From Polyangiaceae bacterium (lineage in GTDB: Bacteria; Myxococcota_A; Polyangia; Polyangiales; Polyangiaceae): a DNA stretch of 64,000 bases. Both the position numbers and the translations under genes were made by a program. Positions 37,292-47,493 of this stretch are shown here, piece by piece; the stretch's first letter is position 1; every line of letters starts with the position of its first letter. Where the stretch lies: the NCBI GenBank assembly GCA_033763455.1, contig JANRKO010000080.1:30939-94938 (forward strand), in the 5' to 3' direction. Under the pieces are notes generated by a model. The model was given only the letters and a program-made list of their open reading frames with translations. It did not search any database and was not told where the DNA came from.

Positions 37292-39067
37292 GTGGCTCAT
37301 TTGCCCCACTATCTCCGACACTTTGTGCTGGCGTTCGGTTTCTTCTGCTCGTTGTCTGGTTGCGAGGAACCAAAGACCCAGGGGGTGCCTTGGCGGCCGT
37401 ATTACGGCTGCCCGAGTGGGTCGCTCAACTGCGGGGGCGAATGTTTGCCGGTGCTTACGGATAACAACAACTGCGGCGAATGCGGCCGCGTGTGCGCCAC
37501 GGGGGCAAGCTGCACCAACGGCACCTGTACGTGTCCGATTGGTGTAAGTTGCACTGGCGGCGTAGTGCCGATGAGCTCAAACAGCCCCACAAGCCCTACT
37601 GCGGCTCCTATGGGTGCGCCTAGCGGGACAACTACAACCTCCGCGCCCACAACCACCACAAGCTCACCTCTGCCCAAGCCCCCGATCGACAACACGCCGG
37701 GCATCGACAGCACGTACGAAACGGTGCTCCGTTTGGCCGTTCACTTCTATGGTGCTCAGCGCGCAGGCACGCAACCCAATTGGCTGCTGCGTCAGGTGAA
37801 TGGGGGCGGCCAAGGTTGCTTTACTGCCGACGGAAAGCCCTACGGCGTGGATCTTTCGGGCGGTTGGTTTGACGCCGGCGACCACATTAAGCCTACTCTC
37901 ACCATCAGCTACGCAGCGCTCTTGTTGCTGAAAGCGTATGAAGCTTTTCCTAACGCATTTGACGATCTTTATGGGCCAACAGACGCCGCTCCGCTTGTGG
38001 GCGCGAGCATTTCGGGTACCCCCAACGGGATCCCGGATGTGCTGGACGAAGTGAAAGCAGCGACTGATTATCTAGAGAAGATCGTGGTCAACGGATCGCT
38101 TGTGATGCAAGTTGGTAACACCGAGTTGGATCATCGCAGGTTTTATTCTTGCCCCGCTCAGGCAAATTTCGACCTCGCAACCGGTGGCGAAATGCAGGGC
38201 GCAACGCGGATAGGGCGAGAGGTAAGCCTAGGTAACGGGGGTGCCGCGGGTGGTCTTGCAGCCGCAAGCTTAGCGTTGATGGCTCAGTTGTACGCGCCGT
38301 TTGATCCCACCGCAGCGTCCCGTTATCTTGCGGCGGCTACCGCTATCTATCCTCTGGTAAGTGAGCAGGCCATGGGTGTTAGTCCATATCCAGGCAGTAA
38401 GCCTGCCGTAGGCAAGCTCTGTGCGGCTGCGGAATTGTTGCGCACCACCAAAGGAGAGAATTACCGAGCAGATACGCTGCGGCTCTTGGGCAGCACCGGC
38501 CCGCACTATTGGGTAGCGGGTTGGGATAATCCCCACGAGTTTTGTCTACAGAGCGCGTACGTTGCCACGGACGATTTTACTGCACTTGCAAAGTGGTCGG
38601 AGAATCTCAACCTTGGAATTTCCCAAGAAGCCAACGTGCGAGGCCTCATCTTGAAGCCTGACTGGGGCGACTGGGGTGTCTTACGAAACGCCACCACCGC
38701 GGGGTTTTCGGCGGCTCTTTTAGGTCACCTTCGCAAGACGACGGATTACCAAGCGCTGGCGAAGAGCCAACTGGATTGGGTGCTCGGGCAAAATCCCACG
38801 GGGCGTTCGTACGTGGTGGGGATCGGCACCAATCCGCCGAGGAGCCCGCACCATCGTAACGCTTGCGAGCAGGAGGCCTCTGGCCCAAACGACAGCGTGG
38901 GTTGCAAACATCTGCTCTACGGAGCCCTCGTGAGCGGACCGAGTGTGGGTCGCGCTTACGCGGATAACGTGAGCGACTATGTTCAGAACGAAGTGGCGCT
39001 GGATTACAACGCGGGCTTGGTAGGTTTGGCGGCTTACGCTGTGTACCTGGAGCGCGGTGGGAATTGA
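37292..39067 (+). CDS. GH9 glucanase lipoprotein (Cys-rich module, PT linker, catalytic domain)
   Basis: LSG-C lipobox; GGWFDAGDHIK, PHHR, GALVSGP, NEVALDYNAGL. Confidence 0.92.
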   Translation: MAHLPHYLRHFVLAFGFFCSLSGCEEPKTQGVPWRPYYGCPSGSLNCGGECLPVLTDNNNCGECGRVCATGASCTNGTCTCPIGVSCTGGVVPMSSNSPTSPTAAPMGAPSGTTTTSAPTTTTSSPLPKPPIDNTPGIDSTYETVLRLAVHFYGAQRAGTQPNWLLRQVNGGGQGCFTADGKPYGVDLSGGWFDAGDHIKPTLTISYAALLLLKAYEAFPNAFDDLYGPTDAAPLVGASISGTPNGIPDVLDEVKAATDYLEKIVVNGSLVMQVGNTELDHRRFYSCPAQANFDLATGGEMQGATRIGREVSLGNGGAAGGLAAASLALMAQLYAPFDPTAASRYLAAATAIYPLVSEQAMGVSPYPGSKPAVGKLCAAAELLRTTKGENYRADTLRLLGSTGPHYWVAGWDNPHEFCLQSAYVATDDFTALAKWSENLNLGISQEANVRGLILKPDWGDWGVLRNATTAGFSAALLGHLRKTTDYQALAKSQLDWVLGQNPTGRSYVVGIGTNPPRSPHHRNACEQEASGPNDSVGCKHLLYGALVSGPSVGRAYADNVSDYVQNEVALDYNAGLVGLAAYAVYLERGGN

Positions 39068-39072
39068 GCTGA

Positions 39073-39100
39073 AGGGGGCCGCTTGCAGGTTGAGCCCCCT
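39073..39100. terminator. Hairpin between convergent genes
   Basis: AGGGGGC ... GCCCCCT arms. Confidence 0.45.
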
Positions 39101-39114
39101 CTTTAGAGCGGCTT

Positions 39115-40467
39115 TTAGAGGCCCACTTGGTAGCCGACGAGCAAGCCGGCGTTCGTGGAGCTCACCCCAAACATCTGGAGTGTTTTTATTTCGATGGTCG
39201 GGCCCTGGCCTGGAGCCAACGCATATAAGCCCCCGATGCCAGCTTCAGCGAAGGTTGTTCCAGTCTTCAGCCAAGCGTCTACTTCACGCCGCGAACCGCG
39301 TGCGCTGGGGTTCCCACCAAGGCCATCAAACACCGTAACCTTCATGTGTGCGTCGATCTGGGCCATCCCGCCGCCCAGCACGAAGAACGGGTGAAAACCT
39401 TTGGTGGCAAACGGTAAGGCTCCGGGCCAGTAGGTGATCCGGCCTTCTGCGTGCCAAGGAACAAAAGCGGCGCCACCCGGAGCTTTGGGACCACCCAAGA
39501 ACGCAAATCCGGTGCGCACACCGAGCCCGAAGTGATCACCAAGAAAGCGATCATACCCAAGCAGCACGCGCAAGGTTCCTGTGGTTGGCCCACCCACTAT
39601 CTCGTTGCCGTTCTGATTACCCTCAAAAGGCAGCTGATCGTAGAACCCTTCGGTGGACTCACTCTGAAAACACGTCCAGTCCCCCGTGCCTGAGCAAATA
39701 TTCTCGGAGGAGTTCAGAAATAGAATGTCTTGCTGAAAGCCAAGGGATAACCCATTTCGTGAAGGCTTCGGTTGCCCACACACCCCGGCCGTACACGTGA
39801 GCCCGGCGTCACACTGGGCATCGCTCGTGCACGCGCTAGCAGAATCTTTAGCATTGCAGCCAGGGAAATCCGGCGGGCAAATGTCGATGGTAACCGCACC
39901 GTTGTCTGAAGTCGTGAGCGACTGGGAGGCGGGTGCCTTTGCTGCGGGAGCCTCGGTGGCGTCGCTATCCGGTTCATTGCTCTGTGGAGGCAATTGGGCA
40001 CTGGTTCCTGTCGCGGCGGGTGCCACCGGAAGCGGCTCCCGGACAGCATCCGGATCGCCTCCGAGTGAAACAAAAAGACTTCGGAGTTCAGGCGTAGCAA
40101 GCTCCGCGTCGAGAGCTGCCTTCGGATCGAGTTTCAGTGCAAGCTCTAAGTTCGCTTTGCCTGCATCCAAAAGCCGTTGCCCCACGACCTGCACAGTCGC
40201 CAGATCACACAGAATGCGTGCGTGAAGCGGTTTGGCGCAGGCGAGAGTTTCACAGGCACGCTTAGCGTGTTCGAGCTTCTTTGCGGCGCCAATGAAGTCC
40301 GCGGAAAGGTACTCTTCCGACATCGCTCCAGTTGCCAATTGTGCAGCCTCCGCTTCCGAGGTGGGCTCTTTCGTGGGTGTATCAACAGCCTTGGCCGCGT
40401 GACCCCACAAGATGGCTAGCAAGATGGGCGAAACCCTGATTGCGGAACGAAAAATGCGGCGGTTCAT
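39115..40467 (-). CDS. Secreted protein with TPR-like N-terminus, Cys module and predicted C-terminal beta-barrel
   Basis: Signal peptide AKA; helical region; CPPDFPGC; amphipathic strands ending GYQVGL. Confidence 0.65.
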   Translation of the reverse strand: MNRRIFRSAIRVSPILLAILWGHAAKAVDTPTKEPTSEAEAAQLATGAMSEEYLSADFIGAAKKLEHAKRACETLACAKPLHARILCDLATVQVVGQRLLDAGKANLELALKLDPKAALDAELATPELRSLFVSLGGDPDAVREPLPVAPAATGTSAQLPPQSNEPDSDATEAPAAKAPASQSLTTSDNGAVTIDICPPDFPGCNAKDSASACTSDAQCDAGLTCTAGVCGQPKPSRNGLSLGFQQDILFLNSSENICSGTGDWTCFQSESTEGFYDQLPFEGNQNGNEIVGGPTTGTLRVLLGYDRFLGDHFGLGVRTGFAFLGGPKAPGGAAFVPWHAEGRITYWPGALPFATKGFHPFFVLGGGMAQIDAHMKVTVFDGLGGNPSARGSRREVDAWLKTGTTFAEAGIGGLYALAPGQGPTIEIKTLQMFGVSSTNAGLLVGYQVGL

Positions 40468-40517
40468 AAGATGCCTAGAGGGCGCATCGTGGCCGCGATA
40501 TCAGCTAAAAACAATGT

Positions 40518-40593
40518 GATCGATAGGATCGCAGCGTGCCTCAGACTGGGACCTGAAAGCCGCGCGTTGCTCGCAACGATGATCTAACAGATC
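40518..40593. promoter_or_regulatory. Two GATC-N5-GATC sites (40518-40530, 40581-40593)
   Basis: tgt-GATC-GATAG-GATC-gca and gat-GATC-TAACA-GATC-gtc in a divergent intergenic region. Confidence 0.6.
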
Positions 40594-40636
40594 GTCTTTT
40601 CTACTGCCTCCACTCGTGTCAAGCCAACGTATCGAC

Positions 40637-41533
40637 ATGCGAAACAGAGAGACGAGAGCTGTGTGCGGTTGGGTGGCGCTGGCTTTAGGATGTGGAGCTG
40701 CAGCTGCATGCGCCCACGCGGTGGAGCCCAACTACGATGAAGGCGTTTCGTTCACGGAAGCGGGTGGCGGATCGGGTGGGGCTCTGCCGGTTTCAAGCGG
40801 CGTACCTTCTGCAACGAACACCAGCCCGAGTGTTCCCGCTTCAGGCGGTGGCGGAAGCGGCCCCGTTTCGGCAAGCGGTGGTGCCGTTGGGATGAGCGCT
40901 GGAGGCACGGGGGGCGCTAACAATGTTGGAAGTGGCGGCGTTTCCGCGAGTGGCGGTGGTTCCGCGAGTGGTGGTGCTCCTCCCATGGGAGGCAGTACAT
41001 CGAGTGTTGGAGGTGCGCCGGGCCTCGGCGACGCCTTTGAATGCACCCAGGGAGTTGTGGGAGCGAAGTCCTTTGAAGTAAAGGCCAAGAGCAATACAGG
41101 TTCCGCGCCGACCAACCAGATCAGCTTAGTGCTCAACTTGCGGCACACGGGCGTGATCACCAACGCAGTTCCACTCAATGAGCTGAGCATACGCTACTGG
41201 TTCAATGCCGACGGTGTGACCAACCTAGTAGCAGACTGTGATTACGCGGTTGTAGGTTGCACCAACGTACGAACGCGCTTTGTCTCGGCTTCTTCGGGCG
41301 GTGCAGATACCTACCTCGAGGTCGGCTTTGTGGGTGCGGCTGGAAGCCTCATGCCAAACTTTGAAACCGGTGAGATCCAGTTGAGATTTCACAACGCCAA
41401 TTATCAAGGAAGTTTGGCGTTGGGTAACGATCCTTCCAGTGCTGGTTTGGGTGTCGACTACGCTGTTCAAACCGCTATTCCTGCTTACCAAGCCTGCCAA
41501 CTCGTTTGGGGCACAGAGCCCCTTGCAAACTGA
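40637..41533 (+). CDS. Stand-alone CBM3 cellulose-binding lipoprotein
   Basis: AAA-C lipobox, Gly/Ser linker, LSIRYWF, CDYA, ADTYLEVGF, EIQLRF, LVWGTEP. Confidence 0.85.
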   Translation: MRNRETRAVCGWVALALGCGAAAACAHAVEPNYDEGVSFTEAGGGSGGALPVSSGVPSATNTSPSVPASGGGGSGPVSASGGAVGMSAGGTGGANNVGSGGVSASGGGSASGGAPPMGGSTSSVGGAPGLGDAFECTQGVVGAKSFEVKAKSNTGSAPTNQISLVLNLRHTGVITNAVPLNELSIRYWFNADGVTNLVADCDYAVVGCTNVRTRFVSASSGGADTYLEVGFVGAAGSLMPNFETGEIQLRFHNANYQGSLALGNDPSSAGLGVDYAVQTAIPAYQACQLVWGTEPLAN

Positions 41534-41557
41534 CTGACCCTGTGTGAAGGCGCGATC

Positions 41558-42925
41558 ATGAAAGCAGAGAAATTTCCGGAAGGCTTTGTCTGGGGTTCGG
41601 CTACAGCGGCGTACCAGATTGAAGGCGCGGTGAACGAAGGTGGGCGAGCCCCGAGCGTGTGGGATACGTTTTCCGAGCTGCCCGGGCGCGTGCGTGAGGG
41701 CCAGACAGGGCGCGTGGCGTGCGATCACTACCACCGTTTTGACGAAGATTTTCGCCTGATGGCGGAGCTCGGCTTTAGGAATTATAGGCTCTCGCTTGCC
41801 TGGTCGCGCATATTGCCGGATGGCACGGGGAAGGTGAATCAGGCAGGGTTAGATTTTTACAAACGTCTTCTAGATTCGCTGCAGCGCCACAACATAACTC
41901 CCTACGTGACGCTGTTCCATTGGGATAGCCCCCAAGCGCTGGAAGATCGTTTTGGATCCTGGCAGAGCCGCGAAATGGCGTCAGCGTTTGCCGAATATTG
42001 CGGCGTCGCCGTGGGAGCCTTGGGCGATAGGGTCCAAAATTGGTTCACAATTAACGAGATCCACTGTTTTACGCGCATGGGGTACGCAGTTGGGAGCACC
42101 CCTCCTCACGCTCCTGGAACGACGGTGGCGAGCGAGCAGGTGGTGAATCAAACGGTGCACCACGCCATCTTAGCTCATGGTCTCGGGATGCAGGCCATTC
42201 GTGCAGCGAGCCCCGTGCCGTGTCGCGCCGGCATTGTAGATAACGTGAACGCGTATGTGCCTTTGGCTGAAACCGAAGCACATGTTGAAGCTACACTGCG
42301 CTGCTTCCGTCGGAAAAATGGCTCGATTTTGGTGCCAATACTCACGGGAGAATACGACACCGGGTACCTTGAGGATGCTGGTGCCAACGCACCAAAGTTC
42401 TTCCCGGAAGATCTCAAGAACATCCACCAGCCGCTCGATTTCCTCGGAGTCAATCTGTACAGTGGCTTTAGCGTGAGAGCTTCTTCGGCGCCGAGCGGGT
42501 TTGAAATCTTGCCGAACCCCACGGGTTATCCGCGCATGAATATGCCGTGGCTGCAGTTCCTACCGGATGTGATGTATTGGGCTGCCAAGGGCGTGGCGCA
42601 CGTGAATGGCCATAGCAAGCTCGATCTTTATGTGACGGAAAATGGAGCCGCCTGTGAAGATAAGCTAACGCTGAGCGGTGAGGTTTTGGACACGGACCGC
42701 ATCCTTTTCTATCGGCACTACCTCAGGGCCATGCAGCGTGCGATGCAAGAGGGCGAGCCATACAAAGGCTATTTCGCCTGGAGCTTCATGGACAACTTCG
42801 AGTGGGCCTGGGGTTACGACCGCCGCTTTGGGCTTGTCTACGTGAATTACGAGTCGCAGGAACGCACGCCCAAAGCCAGTGCGCGTTGGTTCTCCGAGGT
42901 GATGCGCCACAACCGCGTGCTTTAA
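41558..42925 (+). CDS. GH1 beta-glucosidase (cytoplasmic)
   Basis: FPEGFVWGSATAAYQIEG, TINE acid/base, VTENG nucleophile, WSFMDNFEW; no signal peptide. Confidence 0.96.
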   Translation: MKAEKFPEGFVWGSATAAYQIEGAVNEGGRAPSVWDTFSELPGRVREGQTGRVACDHYHRFDEDFRLMAELGFRNYRLSLAWSRILPDGTGKVNQAGLDFYKRLLDSLQRHNITPYVTLFHWDSPQALEDRFGSWQSREMASAFAEYCGVAVGALGDRVQNWFTINEIHCFTRMGYAVGSTPPHAPGTTVASEQVVNQTVHHAILAHGLGMQAIRAASPVPCRAGIVDNVNAYVPLAETEAHVEATLRCFRRKNGSILVPILTGEYDTGYLEDAGANAPKFFPEDLKNIHQPLDFLGVNLYSGFSVRASSAPSGFEILPNPTGYPRMNMPWLQFLPDVMYWAAKGVAHVNGHSKLDLYVTENGAACEDKLTLSGEVLDTDRILFYRHYLRAMQRAMQEGEPYKGYFAWSFMDNFEWAWGYDRRFGLVYVNYESQERTPKASARWFSEVMRHNRVL

Positions 42926-43024
42926 GAGCGCGAAGGCCAACGCAGGCGAAAGCCGGGGCGTGGCTGTCGATCTCCGCGCCTAGCGCGAGTACCATCGCCA
43001 TCAGAGTCCGAAAGGAGCTGAACG

Positions 43025-43609
43025 ATGAGTGCGAATAATCCTGCCGTTGATGCGTTCGTTTCCCGAGCCAAGGCCTGGCGAGGGGAGATCGAGAAACTGC
43101 GGTCTCTCCTCATGGAGTGTGGGCTTGAGGAAGAGCTGAAATGGGGAAAGCCGTGTTACGCAATTGGTGGGAAGAACGTCGCCATCATTCAGCCGTTCAA
43201 GGAGCACTGCTCCCTCATGTTCTTCAAGGGCGCACTCTTGAAGGATACGCATGGCCTTTTGCGCAGCCAGGGAGAAAACACTCAGTCGGCGTTGCGCCTG
43301 GAGTTCCGGAGCGAAGCCGAGATCGTCAAGGCAACCGTCAAATCCTATGTGAAGCAGGCCATCGCCGCGGAAAAAGCTGGGCTTGCGGTCGAATTTAAGG
43401 CCAAGGAAGAGTTGACGCTTCCAGCAGAACTCACGGATATTCTGAAAAAGAACGGCAAGCTTGCGAAGGCCTTCAACGCGCTCACACCCGGACGCAAACG
43501 CGCGTACGTGATGCACTTCACCGGCGCAAAGCAGTCGCAGACGCGAACCGCTCGAATCGAGAAATGCATCCCGAAAATCCTCGCAGGGTTGGGCATGAAC
43601 GACCGCTAG
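43025..43609 (+). CDS. YdeI/OmpD-associated (DUF1801 + OmdA) family protein
   Basis: EELKWGKPCY, FFKGALLKD, FNALTPGRKRAY..HF..AKQSQTR; RBS AAGGAG. Confidence 0.9.
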   Translation: MSANNPAVDAFVSRAKAWRGEIEKLRSLLMECGLEEELKWGKPCYAIGGKNVAIIQPFKEHCSLMFFKGALLKDTHGLLRSQGENTQSALRLEFRSEAEIVKATVKSYVKQAIAAEKAGLAVEFKAKEELTLPAELTDILKKNGKLAKAFNALTPGRKRAYVMHFTGAKQSQTRTARIEKCIPKILAGLGMNDR

Positions 43610-43622
43610 GCGGCGGGTAACG

Positions 43623-43844
43623 ATGGGTCTCGAGTACCTAGGGGTTCCCCTAGACCCGTTGGAGATCGTTGCCGTCGACGCGGCCGGCAACGAGAGCGAG
43701 CCGTCCAAGGAGATCCGCATTCAGCATGGTGGCGACGATGCGGGGTGCACAACCAAACACCAACGTAGCTCCTCACCCGTCGTATGGCTGCTCCCCGGAG
43801 TGGTGGCCCTTGTGCTGCTGGGGCGACGTGCGGTGAGGCCTTAG
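43623..43844 (+). pseudogene. C-terminal remnant of a Fn3-type protein with a MYXO-CTERM-like anchor
   Basis: AVDAAGNESEPS (Fn3 terminal strand), then GC, a hydrophobic helix and RR; no signal peptide. Confidence 0.55.
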
Positions 43845-44000
43845 GGCCCCACCCGCTTCCTCAGGGTGGAGGGCAGAGCCCGACCGGGACACCAACGTCG
43901 GTGGGGGCCTTTTCTGCGGACGAAATGTACTTAGCATGGCAAGTGTCTCGTGTTGGCGCGAAGGCGTCTGACGCCATCACAAGTACTGATCCCCCGTGCG

Positions 44001-45347
44001 CTATGCCGGAACTTCCGTAGCACCTGGTGCCCCCGAAGCTTCGGACACTGGGCTTTCTTCGCTTTCCTCCGCATCGGGATTGTTCGGAAAGGGCGCAAAC
44101 CACGCTGCCAAGAGCGACGGAATGCTGGCAAACATGACCAGAAGAAAATAGGATTGGTAGCCCAACGCATCGGCAAGGGGTCCACTCAACATCTGCGTTG
44201 GCACTAAGGTGAGATTCATGATGGAGGTAGCAAAAGCGTAGTGCGTCATCTTGTATTTGCCCGGCGCAATTTGCTGCATCATGTAGAGCATGTTGCCAAC
44301 GAAGCCAAAGCCATAGCCAAACTTCTCGATGCTCACGAGCGCGGCCACGGTGGTGAAGGGAAGCGTTGCCGCTGTGGACACACTTTGGCTCAGGTATACG
44401 AAGGCGAAGTGGGGCACATTGAGGCAAAGGGCGAGCACAAAGAGGGTCTTCTTGAGCCCAAAACGCGAGACAAACATGCCGCCGAGCAGCCCGCCAACGA
44501 TACTCGCTACAGTGGCCACCGTGCCATCGATGATGCCCTTTTCAGCGAGGCTGAGCCCTACCCCGCCTCGAGCAATGGGCGCCTGGAGAAATAGCGGTGC
44601 TTCTACCAGGAGCAACCCTTCTCCGCAGCGGAAGAGCAATACGAAGGTGAGCATTCCCCAAATCTTATCTTTCTTGAAGAACTCCTTCACTGTATCGGTG
44701 AACGTAGCGACAACTTCAGCCGCATCTTTCGGCCGCTTCGCTACCTGCCCCCTGGGCAACATGAAGAAGTGATACGCGGCGAGTAGGCCCATCGTGGCCG
44801 CACTCAGTAAAAGTGCCCACATCCAAGCTGTGCGTGGAGCTAGGTGGTGGCTTTCCTGCAGAGTGCCCGCCACTCCGACAATCACCGCGGTCGCAAAGAT
44901 ACGCCCGACATTCCAGCACATGCCCTGAACGCCCACGTATTTGGCCTGATCGGCCTTGTCGAGCGCAGTGATGTATACGCCGTCAATACAGATGTCTTGA
45001 GTGGCCGATGCGAAGGCGAGGGCCCAGAGCGCCGCAATCGTGATCTGAAAGTAGTTTGCGAGCGGGAGCGCGAGCGCAATGCCGGCCAAGATGAGGGTCA
45101 TCAAGCCCTGCATGGCAATGACGAAGAACTTCTTCGTGCGGTACATATCGAGGAAAGCGGCCCAGAAGGGCTTCAGGGACCAGGCAATACCCACGCTTGC
45201 TGTTGCCATGGTGATCTCTCCGTCGCTGTGGCCGAGATCTTTGAATAGAGTGCCTGCTACCCAGATAACCATCGCGAACGGAATACCTTCGGCGAGGTAA
45301 GAGGTAGGAACCCAGGAGATGGGACGGTGCCTTTTAGTTTGTTGCAT
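44001..45347 (-). CDS. MFS transporter, AmpG-like
   Basis: YLAEGIPF, WSLKPFWA, ASATQDICIDG; about 12 TM segments. Confidence 0.88.
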   Translation of the reverse strand: MQQTKRHRPISWVPTSYLAEGIPFAMVIWVAGTLFKDLGHSDGEITMATASVGIAWSLKPFWAAFLDMYRTKKFFVIAMQGLMTLILAGIALALPLANYFQITIAALWALAFASATQDICIDGVYITALDKADQAKYVGVQGMCWNVGRIFATAVIVGVAGTLQESHHLAPRTAWMWALLLSAATMGLLAAYHFFMLPRGQVAKRPKDAAEVVATFTDTVKEFFKKDKIWGMLTFVLLFRCGEGLLLVEAPLFLQAPIARGGVGLSLAEKGIIDGTVATVASIVGGLLGGMFVSRFGLKKTLFVLALCLNVPHFAFVYLSQSVSTAATLPFTTVAALVSIEKFGYGFGFVGNMLYMMQQIAPGKYKMTHYAFATSIMNLTLVPTQMLSGPLADALGYQSYFLLVMFASIPSLLAAWFAPFPNNPDAEESEESPVSEASGAPGATEVPA

Positions 45348-45367
45348 CGTGGAGGCTTTCTAGTGAA

Positions 45368-47332
45368 TCATCGGATGATGACAGTGACTGGGGGGACGTA
45401 GAATTCGTCCCATGCTGGCGTAAGGTTGCTGCTGCGTAGTTCGAAGACCTGTGCGTCGGCTCCGCTCTTGTTCACGAGGAATTCCTGATTCCACAGGTAA
45501 ACAGCCGGAAACGTCTGCACGCTGCCGTCGGCGTTCTCAACCACGGGCGCCATGTAGAGTCGAGAAGCACGCTTGTCGGCCTCGCCCTGTACGTTGAGCA
45601 CGAATGGTGAATTGCGCGCAGAAGAGAAGATCAGGAAGTAGTACTTTTTGCCGTTCGCGGCGCGCACAGCGGGTGACCACTTGGGCCAGCTATTCAGCGG
45701 CCCCTTCGGGTCTTGCACTGAACAGGCTGGTGGATCATTTGCCGCTAGCCGAATCGCGGTGCCACCGGCGGCGGGCACGATGTGGATCTCGCCATCCGGG
45801 CGATAGAACATATAGCCCGTCATGCTGGGCACCCGATTGAAGGCAACCCAACGATCATCTGCAGAATAGTCCGGATAATATTCCGCTACGTTCGGGAGGC
45901 TTGCCCCCGGCAGTGGAGTAGCGACTCCGCCCGCTCCGTTGGCGTAAGGCACCGTGTAGAGGTCGACAACAGTTGGGTTCGGCGTGCCTTCTACACCACC
46001 TCCACCCACGTGCCCGTCCAGGATACTGTCCGTTGAGGTGTAGACAATGCGGTCCCCCGCGTGACTGAATTCTGGAGTGATCGCCCCGCGTGGATCGCCC
46101 GTGCGTGCGAGCGTTCCCCAGGCTGTGCCCTTGCCACTCGCGAGTGTGCGAGCAGCTTCCTCACTCGCCGAGCCGTTGGCATTGAGCTTGACGTTGCCCG
46201 GGGCGCTGAGGTCCATCCAAACGAGCTCATCCGGCCCCTTGTTGGAGTTCTGCGGAATGAACGTTTCCCCGAGCACGTTGTTGGCATCTGGCGTGTACCC
46301 CGGCATCAGCATCTTTCGCGGACCCATCGAGGTCACCAAAATGCGACGATTGCGCATCGTCCAGTCGTCGCGAGAGAACGTCGCGATGCCTTGCCAAGGT
46401 AAGTTGAGCATCAGCGTACCGAGGGGCGTTACATAGTCCGGTGTTTTGCCGATGGCGGTGTTGATATCTGCAATGGCGAGATTCCAGGGCCAGTGGTCCA
46501 CGATGGCGACGGCATTTCCGTCTGGCGTCGAGGTATGGCAGCCCACACATCGCACCTTGCCTTCGGGTGCGCCGCTATCCGGGCTCTTGAGGCCCCCGTT
46601 TTGCCCGTACGTTACTTGCTGCACGTCGGGTGGCGAGAGCGTTTGGATCACGGCCTCGTCTCCAACGTTGAATCCGTAGAGCGTCGTCGTGTAACGCCCG
46701 GTTGCCGGGTCAATGCCGGGCCGATTTGTGGTGGATGCCCAGAACACCAAGCTTCCTCCGGCCGCAATCGGCGCAATCGTGAAATCAGAAGTGCTCGATT
46801 TGCCCGTGGCGTCGGTGACGGTAACGGTAACGGGTTCAAACACATTCGCGCGGAGCCCGTCCCACACTGGCTTTGGCAAAAGTGCGATCGTGTCCGCCGT
46901 GTAGATGTCGAGCGTGCCCGTTTCTCGTGGCGTACTGAGCGAGATGCGATAGGGTGCCGTTCCTCCCTCGAAGTGAAAACGCGGCCGGAGCCAGTTGGCT
47001 GGCAGCAACGTGCCAGCTTGGGGCTCAAGGATGCACGGGCCAGAAGCTCCGCTCGCGCTCGGGAAGTTCTTCGCGATATCCGGACCGAGATTGTCTTCGA
47101 AGACTGGCCCACCCGCGAAGTGGGTGCAGGGGTTGCACGTCTGGGTGGGGTCTATGCTGATATCGGTGACCGCTCCGCCGAGATCGAGCGTTGGTGTTGA
47201 AGATGGCACACCGGGCATGGTCGCCTCGCCGGAAGGAACACCGCGAGAAGGTGTTTTTGAGCCACCCGCTGAGCAAGCACAAGTTAATGTCAGTATTGAG
47301 GTTGAAATAAGGAATCGCAAGTTCCGTTGCAT
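45368..47332 (-). CDS. Lipoprotein with TolB/PD40-like beta-propeller repeats and a CxxCH motif
   Basis: TCA-C lipobox; PEFSHAGDRIVYTS, PDYSADDRWVAFNR, SWPKWSP; CVGCH. Confidence 0.75.
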   Translation of the reverse strand: MQRNLRFLISTSILTLTCACSAGGSKTPSRGVPSGEATMPGVPSSTPTLDLGGAVTDISIDPTQTCNPCTHFAGGPVFEDNLGPDIAKNFPSASGASGPCILEPQAGTLLPANWLRPRFHFEGGTAPYRISLSTPRETGTLDIYTADTIALLPKPVWDGLRANVFEPVTVTVTDATGKSSTSDFTIAPIAAGGSLVFWASTTNRPGIDPATGRYTTTLYGFNVGDEAVIQTLSPPDVQQVTYGQNGGLKSPDSGAPEGKVRCVGCHTSTPDGNAVAIVDHWPWNLAIADINTAIGKTPDYVTPLGTLMLNLPWQGIATFSRDDWTMRNRRILVTSMGPRKMLMPGYTPDANNVLGETFIPQNSNKGPDELVWMDLSAPGNVKLNANGSASEEAARTLASGKGTAWGTLARTGDPRGAITPEFSHAGDRIVYTSTDSILDGHVGGGGVEGTPNPTVVDLYTVPYANGAGGVATPLPGASLPNVAEYYPDYSADDRWVAFNRVPSMTGYMFYRPDGEIHIVPAAGGTAIRLAANDPPACSVQDPKGPLNSWPKWSPAVRAANGKKYYFLIFSSARNSPFVLNVQGEADKRASRLYMAPVVENADGSVQTFPAVYLWNQEFLVNKSGADAQVFELRSSNLTPAWDEFYVPPVTVIIR

Positions 47333-47480
47333 ACAACACCTTTCGAACTAGCCATGCTGCGGAGGGGCTCCGTGCAACATGGCTATACGGGGGCGTTGAG
47401 TTGTCGCCAATGCGATCAAGATCCTCACCCATAAGGTTTAGACGGGTGCGCCTCGTTTGCAGGGCTCCAGCGCTCGGGGC

Positions 47481-47493
47481 GATCTTCTGGATC
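47481..47493. promoter_or_regulatory. GATC-N5-GATC site
   Basis: gc-GATC-TTCTG-GATC-ac upstream of the TolB-like gene; near-match at 47414-47426. Confidence 0.55.
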
